A stretch of 63,022 bases of DNA, counting the filler. It is 12 parts of 12 records of this genome, joined end to end, with 100 filler letters (N's around TTAATTAATTAA, not from the genome) between each part and the next. Parts side by side here need not be neighbours in the genome. Positions count along the whole stretch, not along the records: positions 54,950 to 58,367 come from SRR11831580_1519; positions 58,468 to 63,022 come from SRR11831580_1592; 10 more parts are not named here. The stretch is one strand, 5' to 3'. The position numbers and the translations under genes are program-made. Under the pieces are notes generated by a model, which saw only the letters and a list, made by a program, of their open reading frames with translations, was not told the DNA's origin and made no database searches. Below are positions 55,551 to 63,022 of this stretch, piece after piece; position 1 is the stretch's first letter; each line of letters begins with the position of its first letter.

Positions 55551-57089
55551 TTAGTGCGCACCGCCTCCGCCGCCACCTGCGCCAAATGGCGGTTTAGCAA
55601 ACCACACCAGCCCCAGCAGGACGAGGAATATCCCGGCTGACATCCAGAAGATCTCATTGGCGGAAATAATCAGCCCCTGATTGGTGATCTGCTGGGCAAT
55701 CCAGCCTGATGCCTGCTGTTGCGTCATCCCAAGCCCTTCCAGTTGACTGTACATCGCCTGGGCATTCGGGTTGAACGGGTTTACCGACTCAGTCAACTGC
55801 GCATGGTGCATCGACTCGCGGTTGGTCCACATGGTCGTGGTTATCGACGTGCCGATAGACCCCGCCAGCGTTCGCGTAAAGTTAGAGAGGCTCGATGCCG
55901 CCGCCAGTCGTTCCGGTGGCAAACCAGACAGCGTAATGGTGGTCAGCGGCATAAAGAAGCAGGCCACCGCAAACCCCTGGATAAACTGCGGCCAGGCCGA
56001 CGCGCCAAAATCCATACCTGGTTCAAAGGTATAGGCACGCCAGTAGAAGCAGACGGCATACATAATAAAGCTGAAGGTTACCAGCCGCCGCATATCCAGT
56101 TTATGCGCGAAGCGGCCGATAATCGGCGACAGGATCACCGGAATAATCCCTACCGGCGCAGAGGCCAAACCTGCCCAGGTCGCCGTGTAACCGTAGACCT
56201 CCTGCAACAACTGCGGCAGCAGAACAATAGCGCCGAAGTAGAGCATATACGCGAGGCTGATACACAAGCAGCCGATGGTGAAGTTGCGCGACTTAAACAA
56301 CGACAGATCGACTATCGGGTTATCGTCGGTCAGCTCCCAGACAATCAGGAAGCAGATAGCCACCACCGCCACCACGGTAAGGATGATAATTTCCTGTGAT
56401 GAAAACCAGTCCAGCTCTTTACCGCGGTCGAGCATAATCTGCAGGCTGCCGATACCAATAACCAGCAGTGCCAGCCCCACGGCATCAATCCGCCGCCGTT
56501 CGGTGCGGGTTTCACGTCCGCGCAGAGTTTGCAGTGTCATCAACACCACCGCCACGCCAATCGGCACGTTGATGAAGAATATCCAGCCCCAGTGGTAATT
56601 ATCGCTGATATAACCGCCGAGGATCGGGCCGCAAATTGGCGCGACAATCACCGTCATCGACCACAACGCCAGCGCGATCGAGCGTTTGGCTGGCGGGTAG
56701 TTATTCAGCAATAGACTTTGCGAAAGCGGGATCAACGGCCCGGCGACAATCCCCTGAATCACGCGGAAGAAGATCAGCATATTCAGGCTGCTGGAGACAC
56801 CACACGCCCACGACGCAATAGCAAAGGCGATGGTGGACCAAAGGAACAGTTTCACTTCCCCGACGCGCTTTGCCAGCCAGCCGGTAAGCGGGATCGAGAT
56901 GGCATTCGCCACCCCGAAAGAAGTGATTACCCACGTTCCCTGGCTGAGCGATGAGCCCAGATTCCCGGCGATAGTGGGGATCGCCACGTTAGCAATGGTG
57001 GAGTCCAGCACCTGCATGAATGTCGCCAGTGACAGCGCAATCGTCATAATGACCAGTTGCGCGCCTTCCAGCGGTTTTTGCTGTTGCAT
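55551..57089 (-). CDS. emrB: DHA2 MFS multidrug efflux subunit
   Basis: 512 aa, LDSTIANVAIP, WIFFINVPIG. Confidence 0.98.
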   Translation of the reverse strand: MQQQKPLEGAQLVIMTIALSLATFMQVLDSTIANVAIPTIAGNLGSSLSQGTWVITSFGVANAISIPLTGWLAKRVGEVKLFLWSTIAFAIASWACGVSSSLNMLIFFRVIQGIVAGPLIPLSQSLLLNNYPPAKRSIALALWSMTVIVAPICGPILGGYISDNYHWGWIFFINVPIGVAVVLMTLQTLRGRETRTERRRIDAVGLALLVIGIGSLQIMLDRGKELDWFSSQEIIILTVVAVVAICFLIVWELTDDNPIVDLSLFKSRNFTIGCLCISLAYMLYFGAIVLLPQLLQEVYGYTATWAGLASAPVGIIPVILSPIIGRFAHKLDMRRLVTFSFIMYAVCFYWRAYTFEPGMDFGASAWPQFIQGFAVACFFMPLTTITLSGLPPERLAAASSLSNFTRTLAGSIGTSITTTMWTNRESMHHAQLTESVNPFNPNAQAMYSQLEGLGMTQQQASGWIAQQITNQGLIISANEIFWMSAGIFLVLLGLVWFAKPPFGAGGGGGGAH

Positions 57090-57105
57090 CACACGCACCT
57101 CTGGA

Positions 57106-58278
57106 TTAGCCAGCGTTAGCTTTTACGATATCGTCGATCAGTTTATTGACAGGTGCCAGGCTGATTTCACGCGCGGTGCTTACCGCTACCGGAGTGGAAC
57201 GTACTTTATTTGCCAGTACCTGACCGTCACGGTTAGTGGTATTGACGCTCACCAGCGTGGACAAACCGATACGCAGCGGATATTGCTCCAGCTGTTTCTG
57301 GTCCAGTTCGATACGCACAGGCAGACGCTGAACGACTTTGATCCAGTTACCGGTCGCATTTTGCGCTGGAAGCAGTGAGAACGCGCTACCTGTGCCCATA
57401 TCCAGACCAACCACTTTACCGGTGTATTTCACATCATCGCCGTAAATATCCGTGGTGATAGTGACCGGCTGACCGATACGCATATTGGCAATCTGCGTCT
57501 CTTTAAAGTTGGCATCCACCCACATATTGGTGGCTGGAACGACCGCCATCAGCGGCGTCGTTGGGCTAATTTGCGCCCCAGGCTGTACCGCGCGGCGGGA
57601 GACATAACCGGTCATCGGACTGATAATACGAGTACGCTCCAGCGCCAGCCAGGCGTTACGTACTTCGGTGGCAGCCTGTTGCACGGCTGGCTGATCTTCC
57701 AGTTTAGTCCCCAGAATCATCGCCTGATTGGCATTGTATTGTTGAATCGCGACGTCCAGTTGCGCCTGGGCACTGGTGACGGCGTCGCGGGCGTGTTGCA
57801 GCTCTTCGCGACCAATCAGGTTGGCATTGCCCAGCGGCACACGGCGGTTGTAGTCGCTTTGTGCTTTCGCGAGGGCGATTTTCTGCACCTCAATATTCGC
57901 CTGCAACTGCTTGCTGTTAATCATCAGCTGGTGGGTTTGGCGAACGCTGGAAGCCAGTGCAGTTTTGGCTTTTTCAAACGCCTGGCGAGCATCTGTCGGG
58001 TCGAGAGTGACCAGCACGTCGCCTTCTTTTACAAAATCGGTGTTATCGGCCCAGACTTTCGTCACGCTGCCAGACACCTGAGACATAATTTGAATTTGAT
58101 TCCCTGCCACGTATGCGTCATCGGTTTCTTCGAAGTGACGCAGTACCAAAAACCAATAAATCCCTATCGCTACGGCAATAATTATAAAGAGCAAGGTGAG
58201 AAGGAGGAGCAGACGCTTACGTTTGCCGCTCTTCTTTACCGGTTGCTGCGGGGTTTGAGTCTCCGCATTTGCGCTCAT
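57106..58278 (-). CDS. emrA: Multidrug efflux membrane fusion protein
   Basis: 390 aa, ETDDAYV, QNATGNWIKVVQRLPV. Confidence 0.98.
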   Translation of the reverse strand: MSANAETQTPQQPVKKSGKRKRLLLLLTLLFIIIAVAIGIYWFLVLRHFEETDDAYVAGNQIQIMSQVSGSVTKVWADNTDFVKEGDVLVTLDPTDARQAFEKAKTALASSVRQTHQLMINSKQLQANIEVQKIALAKAQSDYNRRVPLGNANLIGREELQHARDAVTSAQAQLDVAIQQYNANQAMILGTKLEDQPAVQQAATEVRNAWLALERTRIISPMTGYVSRRAVQPGAQISPTTPLMAVVPATNMWVDANFKETQIANMRIGQPVTITTDIYGDDVKYTGKVVGLDMGTGSAFSLLPAQNATGNWIKVVQRLPVRIELDQKQLEQYPLRIGLSTLVSVNTTNRDGQVLANKVRSTPVAVSTAREISLAPVNKLIDDIVKANAG

Positions 58279-58367
58279 ATTGTTCTCCACGATCTTCTTA
58301 ACTCATCGGCTGAGCCGACCTGCTTGCCAAAAAGGCCAGCATGTTGCGATGCTGGCCAGTCATTTTT

Positions 58368-58467
58368 NNNNNNNNNNNNNNNNNNNNNNNNNNNNNNNNN
58401 NNNNNNNNNNNTTAATTAATTAANNNNNNNNNNNNNNNNNNNNNNNNNNNNNNNNNNNNNNNNNNNN
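58368..58467. other. Artificial contig spacer 11
   Basis: N44-TTAATTAATTAA-N44. Confidence 0.99.
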
Positions 58468-58607
58468 CAGTTTAACAGCGTCGATTTCCCGCAACCGTTA
58501 GGACCGATCAGGGCGGTGATCTTCCCCGTTGGCAGTGAGAGTGAAACGTCGTTAAGTACCTTGTCTGTCCCGTAACTGACCGTCAGATTTTCAGTTCGTA
58601 AAGTCAT
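58468..58607 (-). CDS. fecE: Ferric citrate ABC ATPase (3' truncated)
   Basis: [11 protein letters not shown]. Confidence 0.96.
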
Positions 58608-59564
58608 TTATCGCATTCTCACAAGCAACCAGACAAACCACGGCGCACCGATAATGGCGGTCAGCACGCCAACCGGGAGCTCCAGTGGGGGATGAATAAT
58701 TCTCGCCAGCAGATCGGCAACCACCAACAGCAACGCACCTGTCAGGGCCGAAACAGGCAGCAGTCTGCGGTGACGTCCACCGGTGATGCTACGCATCATA
58801 TGCGGCACCACGAGACCAATAAAGCTAATCGGGCCGCAGGCGGCCACGCCGGTAGATGTCATGGCGACAGCTAGTAACAAAGCCCAGAATCGGGTATGGG
58901 GCACCGACACACCGAGCGTGGTGGCGCGCGCATCGCCGAGTGCAAGGAGGTCGAGATCGCGGCAAAAACTCAGGCTCAGCGGCAGAAATAAAATCATCAG
59001 CGGGATGGCAATCTTCACAAAGCTCCAGTCACGGCCCCATAAGCTGCCGGTCAGCCACAGCAGGGCGTTGTTCACATCCTGCGGGCGCGAGAGCATCAGA
59101 TAATCCGTCAGGCTGGCCCAGCATGCAGAAAGCGCCACGCCGGTGAGCGCCAGCTTCATCGGCTGGTGGGTCTTTGCCAGCATCTTCAGCAATATCAACC
59201 CCGCCATGCCGCCCGCAAAGGCCAGCAGCGGCAGCACCATCACGGGCAGTGACGGCATAAGAAGTAGAGCCCCCACAGAGGCCAGGCTGGCGGCATGGTT
59301 AACACCGAGAATATCCGGTGATGCCAGAGGGTTGCGCACAATCCCCTGTATCAGCACGCCCGCCACGGCGAGGGCTGCACCGACAAACAGTGCCAGCAGC
59401 AAGCGCGGCAGTCGGTACTCCATCAATACATAATAATGCTCGTGTCCGGCCTGCCAGTCGGTCAGCAGCGCGCGCCACGGCACGGGGATCACTCCCATAT
59501 GGAGTGATAACAGCGCACAGCCCGCCAGGGCAAGGGTGATGAAAATAACCAGCGCAATTTTCAT
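58608..59564 (-). CDS. fecD: Ferric citrate permease FecD
   Basis: 318 aa from MKIALVIF; RLPR, RNPLASPDILG. Confidence 0.97.
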   Translation of the reverse strand: MKIALVIFITLALAGCALLSLHMGVIPVPWRALLTDWQAGHEHYYVLMEYRLPRLLLALFVGAALAVAGVLIQGIVRNPLASPDILGVNHAASLASVGALLLMPSLPVMVLPLLAFAGGMAGLILLKMLAKTHQPMKLALTGVALSACWASLTDYLMLSRPQDVNNALLWLTGSLWGRDWSFVKIAIPLMILFLPLSLSFCRDLDLLALGDARATTLGVSVPHTRFWALLLAVAMTSTGVAACGPISFIGLVVPHMMRSITGGRHRRLLPVSALTGALLLVVADLLARIIHPPLELPVGVLTAIIGAPWFVWLLVRMR

Positions 59565-60559
59565 CCTCGCCTCCTCACAAGCCAGACAAAGCAAGGGCTG
59601 CCAATCAGCGCCAGCACTGCGCCTGCGGGCAGATCTCCGGGGAAGGCCAGCGCGCGTGCGAGTACATCTGCCAGCAGCATCAGCGTGGCCCCCAGCAGCA
59701 TGCTCACTGGCAGTACGTTGCGCTGATCGAAGCCTGCCCAGAAGCGCGCCAGATGTGGCACCAGCAGACCGATAAACGCCACCGGACCTGCTACGCTGAC
59801 GCACGCACCAACCAGAAGCAGCACTAACATATTGATGACCAAACGTAGCCTCGTCAGGTTCACTCCCAGCGTATGGGCGGTGCTGTCGCTGAGGTTGAGC
59901 AGGTTCAGTTGATTCGCCAGCAGCAACACGACAGGGACTGCAGTGACCACCACCGGCAAGAGCTGCCAGACATCCTGCCAGCGGGCGTGGGACACTCCGC
60001 CTGCCAGCCAGTAAAAGATGCCGTAAGCATGATCTTCGGCCAGCAGCAGGGTGATGCGGGTAAGGCCCATACAAAAGGCCGACAGCGCGATACCCGCGAG
60101 GATCAGTTTGTTTCTGTCATGGGTATGACGAAATCCGCCTCCTGCGGTCATGACCAGCAGCCAGCTCACGCCGCCCCCGCATGCCGCGATGAATGACAGA
60201 GAATAGCCTGCAATCGGCGTCGGACTCAGCGCGCTGGTAAGCGCCATAGCCAGCGCCGCGCCGCTGTTAATGCCGAGCAGTGAAGGAGAGGCCATTGGGT
60301 TGTGGGTCAGGGTTTGCAGCAGCGTGCCCGCGAGCGCCAGGCTTGCGCCGATCAGAACGGCGACCAGGCTTCGTGGCAAACGAAGGTTTTGCACCAGCGC
60401 TTCTGGTAGCGTTGGCGTGTGTCCAGGCAGCAGGGCGCGGGTTGCATCTGCTCCGGAAACAGGAATGGCCGAGTAGCAAAACAGACTCAGCCAGAAAATA
60501 ATAATAAGTGCTGCAACGGGAAGCCCCCACAGCAGCACCGGGTGTTTTATCGCGGTCAT
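59561..60559 (-). CDS. fecC: Ferric citrate permease FecC
   Basis: 332 aa; RLPR, HNPMASPSLLG. Confidence 0.97.
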   Translation of the reverse strand: MTAIKHPVLLWGLPVAALIIIFWLSLFCYSAIPVSGADATRALLPGHTPTLPEALVQNLRLPRSLVAVLIGASLALAGTLLQTLTHNPMASPSLLGINSGAALAMALTSALSPTPIAGYSLSFIAACGGGVSWLLVMTAGGGFRHTHDRNKLILAGIALSAFCMGLTRITLLLAEDHAYGIFYWLAGGVSHARWQDVWQLLPVVVTAVPVVLLLANQLNLLNLSDSTAHTLGVNLTRLRLVINMLVLLLVGACVSVAGPVAFIGLLVPHLARFWAGFDQRNVLPVSMLLGATLMLLADVLARALAFPGDLPAGAVLALIGSPCFVWLVRRRG

Positions 60560-61458
60560 TTCACAACGGTAAGCGGCTGATGGTGGAAGATTTTTACCGT
60601 GTCAGCGGCAATACGCTCTGCAGCAAAAATACCGCGCATCCGCGCCCAGGTGTTACTGTCGACCGAAGCAACCTGCTGCTTCTGCGCGGCGGTTAACATC
60701 TGCCAGAGCGGATCTTGTTGCCAGCGTTTAACAATGCTCTCTTCGCGATAGTGGGCAACCAGCAGCCAGGCAGGATTGACCGCCAGCAGTTGCTCCAGGC
60801 CGATGGACGGCATGGACGCACCCGCCATCGCAGCGGGAACGTTCAGCCCCAGAGAGGCCAGCACGCTGCCGGTCCAGGTCTCCTGAGTATGCAGGTTGAA
60901 TTGCTGTTCGCGTGATGTGCCAAAGGCCACGCGTGTCCCTTTGGGAAGCTGGCTGGCCCACTGCGCCATCCTCTCTTTATGTTGTTCCAGACGTGCCTGC
61001 ATCTCTCGCTTTTTACCCACCATTTCGCCGATGATAGCCGCAGATTGCAAATTTTCAGCGTAGGTTTCGTTGCGGGACTTAAGCAGCAGTACCGGCGCGA
61101 TTTGCTGCAAGGCGATGTAAACCCCCGCATGGCGACTGCTGTCGGCAATGATCAGGTCTGGTTTCAGAGCGGCAATGGCTTCCAGGCTCGGCTGCGCGCG
61201 CGTTCCGACGGACTGCCACGGTTTCAGGTGCGCACGCACTTCGGGCAGGATGCGTTTTGCATCGTTATCGTCGGCAATACCGATCGGGATGACGTCCACG
61301 GCGGCCAGCGCATCGGCGAACGAGAGTTCCAGCACCACAATCCGTTGTGGCGTTTTTTCGAGTGTAAACGTGCCGTGTTCGTCCTGAACCGTGGCGGCAA
61401 AGGCGTGGCTGATCACCAGCAGCAGGCCTGCAAAAAGAAAACGGATAAATGCCAACAT
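60556..61458 (-). CDS. fecB: Ferric citrate periplasmic binding protein
   Basis: 300 aa, PQRIVVLE, LKPDLII. Confidence 0.97.
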   Translation of the reverse strand: MLAFIRFLFAGLLLVISHAFAATVQDEHGTFTLEKTPQRIVVLELSFADALAAVDVIPIGIADDNDAKRILPEVRAHLKPWQSVGTRAQPSLEAIAALKPDLIIADSSRHAGVYIALQQIAPVLLLKSRNETYAENLQSAAIIGEMVGKKREMQARLEQHKERMAQWASQLPKGTRVAFGTSREQQFNLHTQETWTGSVLASLGLNVPAAMAGASMPSIGLEQLLAVNPAWLLVAHYREESIVKRWQQDPLWQMLTAAQKQQVASVDSNTWARMRGIFAAERIAADTVKIFHHQPLTVVK

Positions 61459-61502
61459 AATCACATTCCAGCTAAAAGCCCGGCAAGCCGGGCGTTAACA
61501 CA

Positions 61503-63022
61503 TCAGAACTTCAACGACCCCTGCATATACAGCGTGCGCGGCTGGCCTGCATAGATGCCTTTGTTGTTGTCGTCATAAGAGCGGATGAAGTAGTCCTGGT
61601 CGAAGATGTTTTTCACACCGAATGCCAGGTTCAGATCTGCCATCTGCGGGCCAAAGTCATACGCCACGCGTGCGCCCCAGAGCATGAAGCCGGGAATGCG
61701 GCCGGTACTGCCGTCGGCGCTCTCTTTCACCGTATTGGCGTTATCCGCAAACTGGCTGGACTGGAAATCGCTGTTCAGATTGAACGTCCAGTTTCCTGGC
61801 TTGTAGTCCACGCCCAGCGTGCCTTTATGTTTCGGGGAGAATGGTACCAGATTGCCGTAGGTGTCGCCTTTCTCGCGGATTTCCGCGTTCACATACGCAT
61901 AGCTGGCGTAGATGGAAACGTTATCAAGCGTTGGCGTTAGCGTACCCAGATCGTAACGTGCCTGCGTTTCCAGCCCGGTATGGCGCGTTTTGCCACGTGC
62001 AGTGACGGTGTCGTTGGTCTGGTTGGAGTCGTACTGATTGTTAAAGTTAATCAGGAACAGCCCCATTTCCGCCGTCAGCGCGCCGTCGTCGTAGCGGGTA
62101 CCGAGTTCCCAGGTTCGCGCTTTTTCCGGTTCAACATTGCCGCTTTGCACAGCCTTGCCAATCTGGCTGTACTGTACGGTGCCGAACGAGCCTTCAGTGT
62201 TTGCATAAAGATTCCAGCTGTCAGTCAGGTGATAGAGCACGTTCAACGCCGGAAGCGGTGCGTTATAGCTCACTTCTTCGTGCGTGCCTGTGATGGCGTT
62301 GTTCTGGTATGACTCGATATGTTCGAAACGCATACCCGGCGTGATGGTCCAGTTGCCGATGTCGATTTTGTCATCCAGATACCAGGCGTGCGCCTCGGTG
62401 CCGGAACGCGTATCGCGGTCGTAAGGGCTTGAGCCGGACGGCAACTGCCCGCTGCTGGTGGCGGTGTAGTAACGCATTTCATGCGTTGATTCATTCAAAT
62501 AGCGATAGCCCACGCCCACTTCGTGCGCGGAAGGGCCGATCATAAAGATCTGGCTGTAGCGTGGCTCAATACCGCGCACCCAGTAGTTACGCGGCGAGAG
62601 GGTGATGCGTTTGCCTTGCTCCAGGTAGCCGCTGCGCAGGGTTTGGGTGTAGAACCCCTGAATGTTGAATTTATGCTGGCTGTCTGGCTGGAACTGGTAG
62701 CCCAGGCTCGCCAGCTTGCGACGACCCCAGAAGCGGTCATACGGGCGGGTGGATTGCCAGCGATCGGCGTCGTAATCCGCGCGAGACAGGCCACCGGGCA
62801 TGTCGGCTTCACCGTCGTAATATTGCAGCAGGCTGTTGAAGGTGTGCACCTCATCCGGCGCATATTTGCTTTTCAGCATCAGGTCGTCGATGCGGGTGGC
62901 GCTGTGCTCGCGCCAGTCACTGCCGCGCGTGCCGGAGTAGAGCAGCGCGGTGCCAAAACCGTTGTCCGCTGTGCCGCCCACCATCAGGTTGTGCGTCTCT
63001 TTCGGGTTGTTTTGTGAAGAGG
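61503..63022 (-). CDS. fecA: TonB-dependent ferric citrate receptor (5' part outside window)
   Basis: Beta-barrel C-terminus VKNIFD...PRTLYMQGSLKF. Confidence 0.98.
   Translation of the reverse strand, partial: SSQNNPKETHNLMVGGTADNGFGTALLYSGTRGSDWREHSATRIDDLMLKSKYAPDEVHTFNSLLQYYDGEADMPGGLSRADYDADRWQSTRPYDRFWGRRKLASLGYQFQPDSQHKFNIQGFYTQTLRSGYLEQGKRITLSPRNYWVRGIEPRYSQIFMIGPSAHEVGVGYRYLNESTHEMRYYTATSSGQLPSGSSPYDRDTRSGTEAHAWYLDDKIDIGNWTITPGMRFEHIESYQNNAITGTHEEVSYNAPLPALNVLYHLTDSWNLYANTEGSFGTVQYSQIGKAVQSGNVEPEKARTWELGTRYDDGALTAEMGLFLINFNNQYDSNQTNDTVTARGKTRHTGLETQARYDLGTLTPTLDNVSIYASYAYVNAEIREKGDTYGNLVPFSPKHKGTLGVDYKPGNWTFNLNSDFQSSQFADNANTVKESADGSTGRIPGFMLWGARVAYDFGPQMADLNLAFGVKNIFDQDYFIRSYDDNNKGIYAGQPRTLYMQGSLKF

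Noticed and set aside
59565-60074. 488-aa extended fecD ORF
   Set aside because: The extension is an off-frame read through fecC; FecD starts at ATG 59564, overlapping the fecC stop.
58468-63022. fec operon as a novel accessory or mobile element
   Set aside because: Standard K-12 fecABCDE; no IS or att site within the window.

Overview
This window is not one chromosome. It is 12 unrelated contigs joined by 11 identical 100-bp artificial spacers (N44-TTAATTAATTAA-N44). Nine contigs are ordinary Escherichia coli K-12-type loci from distant map positions: gyrB-dnaA-yidC-mnmE-tna-yieE; pcm-nlpD-rpoS-ygbN; cyoBA-ampG-bolA-tig-clpPX-lon; flgNMA-flgBCDE; nudC-rsd-thiCEFSG; yaeIH-cdaR-degP-dgt; narHJI; luxS-emrBA; fecABCDE. 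Allele markers point to the DH1/DH5alpha lab lineage: a luxS frameshift giving 111 aa, rpoS codon 33 = CTG, and a ThiE Gly-to-Arg change in a conserved motif. A remnant of the Roche 454 Titanium paired-end (loxP) linker and seven single-base homopolymer deletions indicate pyrosequencing. Three contigs (16754-19014, 50232-52748, 52849-54849) are eukaryotic nuclear DNA with GT-AG introns, and their genes splice cleanly by hand. They encode a tandem IPT/TIG array with 3-domain higher-order periodicity, a TPR/OGT-like (GT41) protein with an unexpected signal-peptide-like N-terminus, a secreted CUB-domain protein, and a divergent orphan gene. All real novelty lies in these fragments of an unidentified eukaryote. 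I see no novel system in the bacterial part. Comparisons with reference sequences are from memory and need alignment.
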